DNA of 64,000 nucleotides, taken from an uncultured Holophagales bacterium. GTDB lineage: Bacteria > Acidobacteriota > Thermoanaerobaculia > Multivoradales > UBA5704. Positions 1 through 9,909 of this stretch are shown here, one piece after another. The notes beneath the pieces were generated by a model that saw nothing but the letters and a program-made list of their open reading frames with translations, ran no database searches and was not told the DNA's origin. The stretch lies in contig CAWJGT010000009.1 in NCBI GenBank assembly GCA_963842525.1, forward strand, positions 704,001 through 768,000. Direction: 5' to 3'. Each line of letters starts with the position of its first letter. Within the stretch, counting starts at the first letter, position 1. The translations under genes were made by a program, and so were the position numbers.

Positions 1-691
1 GCTTGAGCGTCACGAGCAGGTCCCGCTTCCTCGCCGGCAGCACGCCCCCGCCCAGGCGCACGGTCTTGAGGGCCACTTCCCGCTGCAGCTTGGGGTCCCA
101 GCCGCGGCAGACCGTCCCCATGGCGCCCGTGCCCAGGACCTCCAGGACCTGGTAGCGGCCGAGGAAGACGTTGTCCAGCGCCCGCCGCTCGGCCACGCAC
201 GCTTCCAGCGCGTCCAGGCTCTTGCGCACGGCCTCCTCGCTGTCGGACGGCTCCCCCGCCGTCGCCCTGTCGCTCTCGTGGACCCGCCGGTACAGCCGTT
301 CCACCCGGGCGACGAGCTCCCGCGACCGGAACGGCTTGCGGATGTAGTCGTCGGCGAACTCCTCGATGGCCCGGGCCACGATCTCTTCCTCGTCGATCGA
401 GGTCAGCAGGATCACGGGGATCTGGTGCTCCTGCCGGAGCCGGCGCCCGAGCGTGAGACCGTCGAGGCCGGGCAGCACGATATCCACCACGGCCAGATGG
501 GGATGGCCGCGCCGTAGCACGGCCTCGAACGCCGCCTCTGCCGAGACTGCCGGCCAGACCTCGAAGCCCGCGGCCTCCAGCTCTCGTTGGAGCAGGGAAA
601 GGACATCGGGGTCGTCGTCGACCAGAAGCAGGCGACGGGGCTCCGCCTCGACGGGCTGGACAAGGGCCGGGGACTGCAGGCGATCCTCCAA
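1..691 (-). CDS. Response-regulator receiver domain fused to Hanks-type Ser/Thr protein kinase (runs off window edge)
   Basis: Hand translation of minus strand: RLLLVDDDPDVL...VVDIVLPGLDG...DDYIRKPF (REC) then GRYQVLEVLGTGAMGTVCRGWDPKLQREVALK (kinase subdomains I-II). TTG start at 691 inferred. Confidence 0.88.
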   Translation of the reverse strand, partial: MEDRLQSPALVQPVEAEPRRLLLVDDDPDVLSLLQRELEAAGFEVWPAVSAEAAFEAVLRRGHPHLAVVDIVLPGLDGLTLGRRLRQEHQIPVILLTSIDEEEIVARAIEEFADDYIRKPFRSRELVARVERLYRRVHESDRATAGEPSDSEEAVRKSLDALEACVAERRALDNVFLGRYQVLEVLGTGAMGTVCRGWDPKLQREVALKTVRLGGGVLPARKRDLLVTLK

Positions 692-808
692 GGGTGCCTA
701 TCTTATAACCTGGGTCGGGTCCGCGGGCGCTCCGGCCTCAACCGTCCGGCCGAGACAAAGTGCCCGGCTTCTTGACTCTGGTATCCTTCTCCCGGAGGTT
801 CCGCGCAG

Positions 809-2080
809 ATGTATATCGAGCGCTTGCGGCTCCGGAACATACGACTCCTCGCAGGACAGGAATTTTCCTTCCTCAGGGAGGACGGGACTCCCCGACCCTG
901 GACCGTGATCCTCGGGGAGAACGGGGTCTGCAAATCCACTCTGCTCCAATCGATCGCCCTGGCGGCCATGGGGCCGAAGCAGGGCACTCCCCTCGTCGAG
1001 GATTCTCAGCGCCTCCGCAATCTGAATAACACCAAGCCGGCCTCGATCGATGCGATGTTGCGTTCTCCGGATGGAGAACGCTTGCATTCGTCATTGCTGA
1101 TCGAGCCCGACCGCTACGACCTCGTGGAAGGAGACGATCCGTCCGGAGCGCGGTATCTCGACACGGTGCGCGGCCATCGTCGGCGCCAGTGGTTCATCGT
1201 GGGCTACGGTGTGGGCCGGTTCCTGCCGGAGCCGGGCGAAGGTAAGCTCCCGCGGGATCCCACCATCCACCGGGTCCAGGGCCTCTTCAACGCCCAGCAC
1301 AAGATGCTGGGAATCGAGTTCTACACTGCATTGCGCGATCCGCGGCTCGCCTCCCATTTCACAGGCTGTCTGCGCCGCGTCCTCGGAGCCCAGGATTTCT
1401 CTGGCGAGCATCTCCTCCCAGGCTTCCTCGACATCCACCTCGATGTCCAGCCAACCCCACCGATCATTCAATCGAACGCGGTCGAGCTGTGGGTCGGCGA
1501 ACACCCCCTCCGGCTGCCGGCAAGCTGGATGTCGGACGGCTACCAGGCGACTCTCTCCTGGATCGCCGATCTCCTTGGCCATGCCGTGCTGGAGTTGGAC
1601 GAGGAGGCCGACCCCGAGGAGTTGGAAGGTATCGTCCTGCTGGACGAGATCGATCTGCACCTGCACCCAACATGGCAAAGGCGGATCGTCCCTCTTTTGA
1701 GACAGGTCTTTCCCAAGCTTCAATTCATCGTGACCACCCACTCTCCTCTGGTCCTCGCCAGCTTCGATCGCGAGGAGATCATCGCTCTCAAGCTCCAGGG
1801 TGGAGAGGTCGTGCAGGACGCGGCAGGCATCGAGCCCGGAGTCCTCACGGCATCCGAAATCCTGACCAACTTCTTTGAAGTCAACCGGGCGGGCCGGCCG
1901 GAGCTTGTCGAGAAGGAGCGCCGGTATCTGGCGCTGCGGGGCCTCAAGGCTCCCGACAGCCGGCAACAGCAAGAGATCCGGGAGCTCCAGCTCGATCTCA
2001 AGCCGTATTGGACCTCGGCAGGCCCTTCAGAGGACGAGGAGCTCCTCTCCCCCGAGGAGATCCTGAAGCGCGGAGCATGA
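809..2080 (+). CDS. ABC/AAA-type ATPase, Septu PtuA-like
   Basis: Walker A GENGVCKST, signature MSDGYQ, Walker B LLDEIDLHLHP, H-loop VTTHSP; ATGA-coupled to an HNH gene. Confidence 0.85.
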   Translation: MYIERLRLRNIRLLAGQEFSFLREDGTPRPWTVILGENGVCKSTLLQSIALAAMGPKQGTPLVEDSQRLRNLNNTKPASIDAMLRSPDGERLHSSLLIEPDRYDLVEGDDPSGARYLDTVRGHRRRQWFIVGYGVGRFLPEPGEGKLPRDPTIHRVQGLFNAQHKMLGIEFYTALRDPRLASHFTGCLRRVLGAQDFSGEHLLPGFLDIHLDVQPTPPIIQSNAVELWVGEHPLRLPASWMSDGYQATLSWIADLLGHAVLELDEEADPEELEGIVLLDEIDLHLHPTWQRRIVPLLRQVFPKLQFIVTTHSPLVLASFDREEIIALKLQGGEVVQDAAGIEPGVLTASEILTNFFEVNRAGRPELVEKERRYLALRGLKAPDSRQQQEIRELQLDLKPYWTSAGPSEDEELLSPEEILKRGA

Positions 2081-2856
2081 TCCGGATCGATCGCACCGGC
2101 ACACCCTGCCCCGACAAGCTCCGCACCGACGGCGAAAACGACCTGCTGCGGTTGCGGGGGTTTCATCCCAAGGTTTTCAAGAGCGCCGACTTCGACGGGA
2201 AGATCTATGGTACGGACGAAGTCAAGGCCTGTCTCTGGACCATGCAGCACGGCAAGTGCTGCTATTGCGAGCACCCATACGAGCGGAGGTACTCGGACGT
2301 CGAGCACTTCCGGCCGAAGGCAGAGGCCGTCCGGGACCGTCACCGGAAGGAGGGCGGCTACTGGTGGCTCGCGTATCGATTCGACAATCTCTACTTCAGT
2401 TGCAACGCCTGCAACCGCTCCAATAAGAAATCGAAATTCCCCTTACGAGCTGATGCGCGCGCTTTGGTTGCGGAAGAAGACCCGCAGAAGGTCAAAGAAA
2501 ACGCACTTCTGATCGATCCCGGCTTCGACAATCCCGAAGAGGATCTGACGTTCGTCTGGATAGAAGACGAACACCCGGGGAAGCGCGGCTACCAGATTGC
2601 TCCGCTCAACCTGTCGGAGCGAGGGGACAAGACCATCAGGGTGCTCGGCCTCGACCGTGACGATCTCACCCGCAATCGCCAAAACTACTACCGGCTGCAC
2701 CTGCAGCCGCTTCTCAAGCGGTTTGCTCAGGCACAGGCGAATGGGGATCCGGAGGCTGAGGAGATTCGCCAGGAAGCGAGGGCTCTGACCGCCCCAAACG
2801 CGCCCTACGTCCTGCTCGCCCGTGTGGCTCTGCGCACCATCCTGGAAGTAGCGTGA
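2077..2856 (+). CDS. HNH endonuclease, Septu PtuB-like
   Basis: KCCYCE...DVEHFRPK...[23 protein letters not shown]...FP; ATG at 2077 overlaps the ATPase TGA. Confidence 0.85.
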   Translation: MIRIDRTGTPCPDKLRTDGENDLLRLRGFHPKVFKSADFDGKIYGTDEVKACLWTMQHGKCCYCEHPYERRYSDVEHFRPKAEAVRDRHRKEGGYWWLAYRFDNLYFSCNACNRSNKKSKFPLRADARALVAEEDPQKVKENALLIDPGFDNPEEDLTFVWIEDEHPGKRGYQIAPLNLSERGDKTIRVLGLDRDDLTRNRQNYYRLHLQPLLKRFAQAQANGDPEAEEIRQEARALTAPNAPYVLLARVALRTILEVA

Positions 2857-2860
2857 GGCC

Positions 2861-3976
2861 ATGAGCGGGCCCAACACCGCGGCCTCTCTGGACTCGTCCC
2901 GGCCGGTGCGTCCCGGCGAGGAGCTGGACGCCGCGCCGCTGGAGGCCTGGCTGCGCGAGCACGTGCCCGGGCTGCCGGACGGCCCCCTCGGCCATCTCGC
3001 GATCGAGCAGTTCCCGGGCGGGCACTCGAACCTGACCTACCTGCTGCGGCTCGGTGGCACCGCGGACCCCGCAAATTACCGGGAGCTGGTGCTCCGCCGT
3101 CCGCCCTTCGGGTCCAAGGTCAAGACCGCGCACGACATGGGGCGCGAATACCGGGTGCTCTCGCGCCTCTGGACTGTCTATTCCAAGGCGCCTCGGGCCC
3201 TCGCCGGCTGCGACGACCCGTCGGTGCTCGGCGCCCCGTTCTACGTGATGGAGCGGGTGCGCGGCGTGGTCCTCCGCCACCACAAGGCCCCCGCGGGGGT
3301 CGACCTGACGCCCGAGACGATGCGGCGCATCAGCCTCTCGGCGGTCGACGGCCTCGCCGAGCTGCACGCCGTGGACTACCAGGCCGCGGGACTGGGCGAT
3401 CTCGGCCGTCCGGCCGGGTATGTCGAGCGCCAGGTCACTGGCTGGGCCGAACGGTGGCGGGGCTCGCGGACCGACGAGGTCCCGGACGTCGACCGCGCCT
3501 TCGCCTGGCTCGCCGGGCATCTGCCGCCGGAATCCGGAGCGGCGTTGATCCACAACGACTACAAGTACGACAACCTGGTCCTCGCGCCCGATCTGTCCAG
3601 CATCATTGCTGTCCTCGACTGGGAGATGACGACAATCGGCGACCCGCTGATGGACCTCGGCACGAGCCTGGGCTACTGGATGAACGCGGACGACGATCCG
3701 GCGCTGCGGTCGCTGCCGGCCGGACCGACCACGCTCCCCGGCAACCTCACCCGGGCCGAGGTGGCCGCGCGTTACGCCGAGTTGAGCGGCCGGGACGTGT
3801 CGAAGATCCTTTTCTATTACGTCTATGGGCTCCTCAAGATCTCGGTGATCGCGCAGCAGATCTACTACCGTTACAAGCAGGGGCTGACGCACGACGAGCG
3901 CTTCGCCGCGATGATCGGCTCTGTCCGCCTCCTCGGCCGCCAGGCGGTCCGGGTGATCGACACGGGGGAGATCTAG
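2861..3976 (+). CDS. Aminoglycoside/choline-kinase-fold phosphotransferase (APH family, ACAD10/11-like)
   Basis: [34 protein letters not shown] motifs. Confidence 0.9.
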   Translation: MSGPNTAASLDSSRPVRPGEELDAAPLEAWLREHVPGLPDGPLGHLAIEQFPGGHSNLTYLLRLGGTADPANYRELVLRRPPFGSKVKTAHDMGREYRVLSRLWTVYSKAPRALAGCDDPSVLGAPFYVMERVRGVVLRHHKAPAGVDLTPETMRRISLSAVDGLAELHAVDYQAAGLGDLGRPAGYVERQVTGWAERWRGSRTDEVPDVDRAFAWLAGHLPPESGAALIHNDYKYDNLVLAPDLSSIIAVLDWEMTTIGDPLMDLGTSLGYWMNADDDPALRSLPAGPTTLPGNLTRAEVAARYAELSGRDVSKILFYYVYGLLKISVIAQQIYYRYKQGLTHDERFAAMIGSVRLLGRQAVRVIDTGEI

Positions 3977-3982
3977 ACGTCC

Positions 3983-5242
3983 ATGCCTGCCCCCGGTCCC
4001 GCCGCGGAGCTCTATGCCGTCCTCCGCTTCCATCTCCATGTCGGAGCACGGCTGGCCCTGCGGGCGCTGGCGCCGGTCGTGGCGGCGGCGGTGGGCGGGT
4101 TCATGCTCCTGGGCAACGATTTTGTGAATTCCTTCTCGCGAGTGCTTTTCGGCCCGGGATCGGAGGGCGGCTCGGGCATCCTGGTCGCCTTGGCCTGCCT
4201 GGGCTTCGCCTCCAGCGCCACGCCGCGGGTCTGCCGCGGGCTGGACGGCTGGCTGCGCCATCTGCCGATCGCCGGCCGGGCACACCGCCGCGCCGCCGCG
4301 CTGGCCATTGCAGTGACCCAGATGCCGTTGCTGATCGGGCTCGCGGCTCTCTCCTGGGTCGCCTCGCGAGGGGGCAGCGCGTTCCTGGCGGACCTGCTCG
4401 GCCTGACCGTCTGCGCCCCGGCGATGGCGCTGCTCGCCATGCCCACCGAGCGCCGGCTCCTGACCCGCCTGTTGGCCTTGGCTGCCGCGATCCTCGCGGT
4501 CTCCGGCGGCTGGATGCTTCTCGGGTGCGGAGCTCTCGTGCTCATTGCAGCCGACCTCTGCGCCGGCGCTCTGAGCCCCCTCCCCCTGGCCCCCTCCCCC
4601 GCTAGAGCGGGAGAGGGGGAACGTTTCCTGGAAGTGCGGATTGCGTGGCGGGCGCTGCGATGGCGGCTGGTGAGCGCTTATCTGCTCGGCCTCCTGCCTC
4701 TCGGCGGCGCTGGGCTCTTCGTGGCGAACAATCAGCTTCGGCCGGAGCACGTGCGGCTTGCCGCCCTGCTCGGCGGTGGCTGCGCCGTCGTCTTCCTGTT
4801 TGCCGACCTGGGCGAGGTGTTGGGGGCGCGCCGCCCCGCCTGGCCGTGGGCTCGGTCACTCCCCTGGTCCGCCGGCCGGAGGGTGCTCTTCGACGCCGGC
4901 TTCCTGGCCGCCCATGCCCTGCCTCTGCTCGTCCTGACCGCGCGGATCGACCTCCTGAGCGCCCTGGCGGTCGTGGCGACCGTTCCGTTCCTGTCGGCCC
5001 GGGCCGCAGGGGCCATCCGCCGGGCGCCGGAGCGGCGGACCGGCGCCTCGGGGGAGATCCTGATCGAGGGATCGCTGCTCGCCGCCGCGGTCGCCCTGCT
5101 CCCCTGGATCTGCCTCCTCGCCCTGCTCGCCACCCCCTGGGCTGTGCGGGCCGCAGCGGAGCGGGAGCGCCGCCAGAAGGTCAGCCGGTGGCTGGAGCTG
5201 CACCACCTCGCGGTCGGCGACCCGCAGTCCTGGAGCTCCTGA
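3983..5242 (+). CDS. Polytopic membrane protein, probable ABC exporter permease
   Basis: Many hydrophobic segments in two similar halves; directly upstream of an ABC ATPase. Confidence 0.7.
   Translation: MPAPGPAAELYAVLRFHLHVGARLALRALAPVVAAAVGGFMLLGNDFVNSFSRVLFGPGSEGGSGILVALACLGFASSATPRVCRGLDGWLRHLPIAGRAHRRAAALAIAVTQMPLLIGLAALSWVASRGGSAFLADLLGLTVCAPAMALLAMPTERRLLTRLLALAAAILAVSGGWMLLGCGALVLIAADLCAGALSPLPLAPSPARAGEGERFLEVRIAWRALRWRLVSAYLLGLLPLGGAGLFVANNQLRPEHVRLAALLGGGCAVVFLFADLGEVLGARRPAWPWARSLPWSAGRRVLFDAGFLAAHALPLLVLTARIDLLSALAVVATVPFLSARAAGAIRRAPERRTGASGEILIEGSLLAAAVALLPWICLLALLATPWAVRAAAERERRQKVSRWLELHHLAVGDPQSWSS
4576..4620 (+). repeat. BoxC/REP-like palindromic element inside the permease ORF
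   Basis: ccccctccccctggccccctcccccgctagagcgggagaggggga; same family as the copies at 7333-8026, 14509-14674 and 62766-62820. Confidence 0.6.
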
Positions 5243-5254
5243 GAGGCCCCGTCG

Positions 5255-5974
5255 ATGATCCGCTTTCACGGAGCCGCATTCGCCTATCGCGAGGGAGAGC
5301 CGGTCCTCGGCGGCGTGGACCTGGAGGTCTCGCCTGGGCTTACCCTCCTCCTCGGTCCCAACGGCTGCGGCAAGAGCACCCTCCTCAAGCTGGCGGCGGG
5401 GATCGAGAGGCCGGACGCGGGCCGGGTCGAGGTCGACGGCCGGGACCTCTGGATCGACGAGGTGGAAGCCCGCCGGGGCCTTGCCTATGTGCCCGAGCAG
5501 CCGGACCTGACCCCGTACGCAACGGTCCGCGAGACCCTCCTCCTGGTCTGCCGCCTCCGCGGCGAGCCCCGTTCGCAGGTCAACGAGGCCCTCGGCTTCG
5601 TCGGTCTGGGGGACCTCGCCCACCGCTCCGTCCGTGAGCTCTCGATGGGTCAGCGCCGCCGCGCCGTCCTGGCCGCCGCCCTGATCGGCACCCCGCGGCA
5701 CATCCTCCTGGACGAGCCTCTGGAAGCCATGGACCGCGGCGCCCGCGAGGACATCCTCGCCTGGATCGATCGCCTCCTCGCCGGCGGCGCCACGGTCCTC
5801 ACCGTCTCCCACGAGATCGAGCCCTTCGTCCCCCGCGCCCAGCGGGCCATCACCGTACGCGGCGGGCAGTGCCTGGCCGTGGACCGGCTGCCGGACGACC
5901 CGGCGGACCGGATGGCCCTGCTGGAGCGGATGGCGCGGGGTGAGGTTCCGCTTCGCCGCCATCGCACAATCTGA
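5255..5974 (+). CDS. ABC transporter ATP-binding protein
   Basis: GPNGCGKST, LSMGQ, LLDEP, VSH motifs. Confidence 0.92.
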   Translation: MIRFHGAAFAYREGEPVLGGVDLEVSPGLTLLLGPNGCGKSTLLKLAAGIERPDAGRVEVDGRDLWIDEVEARRGLAYVPEQPDLTPYATVRETLLLVCRLRGEPRSQVNEALGFVGLGDLAHRSVRELSMGQRRRAVLAAALIGTPRHILLDEPLEAMDRGAREDILAWIDRLLAGGATVLTVSHEIEPFVPRAQRAITVRGGQCLAVDRLPDDPADRMALLERMARGEVPLRRHRTI

Positions 5975-6049
5975 CCGAGCGAAACGAAAGCCGGGTAGAC
6001 GCAACTCAGGTAACGGTGTATCGTTACCGGTGTTCCGTCTTCCCGCGCG

Positions 6050-9000
6050 ATGTCCTTCTACGCCGATCTCCACGTCCACTCGAAATACTCCCGGGCCACG
6101 AGCCGCGACGCGGACCTCGAGCACCTGGCCCTGTGGGCGCGGCGGAAGGGGATCACCGTCGTGGGGACCGGGGACTTCACCCACCCGGCGTGGCTCGAAG
6201 AGATCCGCACCAAGCTCGTCCCGGCCGAGCCGGGGCTGTTCCGGCTGCGGCCCGAGATCGAGCGGGAGGTTGAGCAGCGGCTGCCCGCCTCCTGCCAGGG
6301 ACCGGTCCGGTTCCTGCTGGAGGTGGAGATCTCGACAATCTACAAGAAGGGGGACCGCACGCGGAAGGTCCACCATCTCATCTATGCCGCGAGCCTCGAC
6401 ACCGCGGCCCGTCTGCGGGAACGGCTCGCCGCGATCGGCAACCTCAACGCGGACGGACGGCCGATCCTGGGGCTCGACTCGCGGCACCTCCTGGAGATCA
6501 CGCTGGAGAGCGGGCCGGACGCCTATCTGGTGCCGGCCCACGTCTGGACCCCCTGGTTCGCGGTGCTGGGCTCGAAGTCGGGATTCGACTCGGTCGAGGA
6601 GTGCTACGGCGACCTCGCACATCACATCTTCGCGGTGGAGACCGGCCTCTCCTCCGATCCGCCGATGAACTGGCGGGTCTCCCGCCTCGACCGCTTCACC
6701 CTGGTGAGCAACTCGGACGCCCACTCGCCCCCGATGCTAGGCCGCGAGGCCTGCGCTTTCGACACGGACCTCGACTATTTCGCGATCCGCCGGGCTCTGG
6801 AGACGGGCGAGGGCTACCGGGGGACGGTCGAATTCTTTCCCGAGGAGGGCAAGTACCATCTGGACGGCCATCGCACCTGCGGCGTGCGCCTGGAGCCGCC
6901 GGAGACCCGGCGCCTGGAGGGCCTCTGTCCGGCCTGCGGCAAGCCGCTGACCATTGGCGTGATGCACCGAGTGGAGGAGCTCGCCGACCGTCCCGAGGAC
7001 GCGCCGCCGGTACGGCCGGTGCCGTTCCGCAGCCTCGTGCCACTGCCGGAGGTGCTGGCGGAGATCCACGGCGTCGGCCCCAAGTCGCGCACGGTGGAGC
7101 AGGCCTTTTCGCAGCTCGTCGGCCGGCTGGGTCCGGAGATCGACATCCTCGAACGGCTCCCGCTGGAGGAGCTGGCCCGGGTGGGGGATGGGCTCCTCGG
7201 CGAAGCGATCTCGCGGCTGCGGGCCGGCCGGGTGCGCCGGGAGGCGGGCTACGACGGCGAATATGGGGTGATCCGCCTCTTCGAGCCGGACGAGATCCGC
7301 GGGCGGTCGGTGGTGGCGCCGCTGTTCGCGGACCCTCACCCCCCGGCCCCCTCTCCCATCCGCCCTCCCGGCCCCCGGGAGAGGGGGAGCAAGATCCTCA
7401 CCCCCGGCCCCTCTCCCATCTCCCTTCCACCCCCCGCCGGGAGAGGGGGGAAATCGGACGAATCATCAATGCCTCCTCTCGGAGAGACTCTTTTTGAATT
7501 TCTCCCCTCTCCCGGGGAAGGGCGGGTGGGAGATGGGAGAGGGGCCGGGGGTGAGGCCCTCGATCCCGAGCAACACGCCGCCGTCGGCATCGTCGACGGC
7601 CCCCTGCTCATCGTCGCTGGACCGGGCACGGGGAAGACCCGGACGCTGACCCACCGTCTGGCCCATCTGATCACCGGTCGTGGCGTATCTCCCGAGCAGT
7701 GCCTGGCCGTGACCTTCAGCCGCCGGGCCGCGGCCGAGCTCGAAGAGCGCCTTGCCGCTCTCCTACCCAACGCCGCGGGCCGTATGCTCGTCACGACCTT
7801 CCATGGCCTCGGACTCACGCTGCTGCGCGAGCAGGCCGGCGAGATCAGCCTGGACAGGGGTTTCCGCGTCGCGACGCCGGAGGAGCGGGTCGAGATCGTC
7901 CGCGAGGTCTGCGGGGTGTCCCAAAGCCGGGCCGAACGGCTGCTCGAAGAGATCTCCCAGGCCCGCCGATTCCCCCCTCTCCCGGCGGGGGACGGAAGGG
8001 AGATGGGAGAGGGGCCGGAGGTGAGGTCCTATGTGGAGGCCCTGGAGAGCCGCAACCTCGTCGATTTCGACGACCTCCTCCTGCGGCCTCTCCAACTCCT
8101 CCAGGAACGGCCCGATCTGGCGGCCGCCTACCGGGAGCGCTTCCGGTGGATCTCGATCGACGAGTACCAGGACATCGATCCCCTCCAGTACGCCCTGATC
8201 CGCCTCCTCGCGCCGCCCGGGGCCAATCTCTCTGCCATTGGCGATCCGGACCAGTCGATCTACGGCTTCCGGGGAGCGGATGTCGGCTTCTTTCTGCGCT
8301 TCCGGGAGGACTATCCCGGCGCCCGCGTCGTCCACCTGACCCGCAACTATCGCTCGACCCGCACCCTGGTCGAGGCGGCGTGCCAGGCGATCCGCCCCGC
8401 GAGCCTCGTTCCGGACCGGCGCCTCGTTGCCGTCCGCGATTCGGGAACGGCCGTCGCCGAGCGCGTCGTGATCCAACCGGCGGCGAGCGAGCGGGCCGAG
8501 GCCGAGCTGGTGGTCCATACCCTCGAGAGGCTCCTCGGCGGCACGACCTCCTTCTCGTTCGACAGCGGCCGGGTTGGCCACGGCGACGCGCCTGAGCTTT
8601 CGTTCGCCGACGTGGCCCTCCTCTACCGCACCGACTCCCAGGCCGCGCCGCTGATCGAGGCGCTCGGCCGCTCCGGCATCCCCTTCCAGAAGAGGTCCGC
8701 ACCGCCCCCTGGCCGAGGACCCGGGCGTCCGCGCCCTCCTCCCGATCCTCCAGAAGGGTCCGGAGGGCCGCGGCGTCGAGGCCCGCCTGGAGAAGGCGAT
8801 CCTGGAGCTGGTCCTCGGTACGGCCGCGGACCCGGCGGTCGTCCTGGCGGGGGCCGAGCTCCTGCGGCCGCTTGCCGTGCGGTTCGGAGACGACCTCGAC
8901 GGATTCCTGGCCGAGGTGGCCCTGGGCGGCGAGGTCGACACCTGGGACCCGCGCGCCGAGCGGATCTCGCTGCTCACCCTCCACGCCTCCAAAGGCCTTG

Positions 9001-9284
9001 AATTCCCGGTGGTCTTCCTGGTCGGCTGCGAGGACGGCTTGCTCCCCCTGCGCTGGCCGGGCGCCGAGCCGGACCTCGCCGAAGAACGGCGCCTCTTCTT
9101 CGTCGGGATCACCCGCGCCCGCTCGCGGCTCTTCCTCTTCCACAGCCGCAAGAGGACTATCCGCGGCGAGGCACGCGAAGCCCAACCTTCCCCATTCCTG
9201 GCAGATCTTGCAGAAGGTCTCCTGGAACGGCGCGATGCGCCGGATCTCGGTCCGCGGCGCCCTGAGCAGCTATCCCTGCTCTAA
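6050..9284 (+). CDS. PHP-domain endonuclease Q-like / UvrD-Rep helicase fusion (one frameshift near 8697)
   Basis: PHP motifs DLHVHS and SNSDAHS, Zn ribbon CPACGK; SF1 motifs AGPGTGKT, IDEYQD, GDPDQSIYGFRG, NYRS; TLHASKGLEF and EERRLFFVGITRA lie in the 8877-9284 frame. Removing one C near 8697 restores QKRSHRPLAEDPG. Confidence 0.88.
7333..7556. repeat. Three BoxC/REP-like elements (CCTCACCCCCGGCCCCTCTCCC..GGGAGAGGGG) in the PHP-UvrD linker
   Basis: Two direct copies (~7333-7389, ~7396-7450) and one inverted copy (~7503-7556); reading frame stays open. Confidence 0.8.
7972..8026 (-). repeat. BoxC/REP-like element inside the UvrD domain
   Basis: ccccctctcccggcgggggacggaagggagatgggagaggggccggaggtgagg, translated as PPLPAGDGREMGEGPEVR. 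Confidence 0.8.
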
Positions 9285-9349
9285 GCTCCGAGCCTCGACC
9301 GTCCGGGTGAAGGGAGCGGCGAAACGTACCCGCGGAGCGTTGGGCGGAC

Positions 9350-9379
9350 TTGACAGAAGACCGCCGAAGGCGATATTTT
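9350..9379 (+). promoter_or_regulatory. Sigma70-type promoter of the TA operon (probably leaderless)
   Basis: TTGACA (9350-9355), 18 bp, TATTTT (9374-9379), 6 bp, ATG 9386; no Shine-Dalgarno. Confidence 0.65.
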
Positions 9380-9385
9380 CTTAGC

Positions 9386-9673
9386 ATGCGTGCCGTGGCC
9401 CTGAAAGAGCTCAAGGAGCGAGTCGGCGAATACGTCCACCTTGCCGAGTGCGGCGAGACGGTTCTGGTGACCGAGCGGGATCGCGTCGTGGCCGAGCTCG
9501 TTCCTCCACGCCAAAAGGCTGTTCTTGTGGCACCTCAGGCTCCGTTGGCAGACGCTGTTCAGAACGGGTGGATCCAACCGGCCGCCTCTGAGGCAGGCAT
9601 TCCCCCACGGCTGCCGGTCACCTCCTTTAACGATCTGCTGCAGGGGTTGCAGCAGGATCGTAGCGACCGTTGA
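9386..9673 (+). CDS. Phd/YefM-family antitoxin
   Basis: MRAVALKELKERVGEYVHLAECGETVLVTERDRVVAELVP is a typical Phd N-terminus; overlaps the PIN gene. Confidence 0.85.
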   Translation: MRAVALKELKERVGEYVHLAECGETVLVTERDRVVAELVPPRQKAVLVAPQAPLADAVQNGWIQPAASEAGIPPRLPVTSFNDLLQGLQQDRSDR

Positions 9674-9909
9674 TCTATCTCGACACGTCAGTCGCTCTCG
9701 CGCACCTGCTCGCGGAGGATCGCTGTCCTCCTCCTGATCTGTGGGAAGAGCAGCTCATCTCCAGCCGGCTTTTAGAGTACGAGATCTGGGTTCGAATTCA
9801 CGCCTACGGATTGACCGAGTCACATTCCGAGGCCGTGACAGCCCTTCTTGATCGCGACGGGCTTGTGCAAGCTGCGAGAGCGTTGGGTTTTTCGCTTGCG
9901 GAAGTTTAA
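9670..9909 (+). pseudogene. PIN-domain (VapC) toxin with internal deletion
   Basis: MIYLDTSV N-terminus and AARALG C-terminus present, but only 79 aa; the central LDAxH-type segment is absent. Confidence 0.65.

Noticed and set aside
692-808. Retron msr-msd upstream of the PtuAB-like genes
   Set aside because: Short divergent promoter region and no reverse transcriptase in the window.
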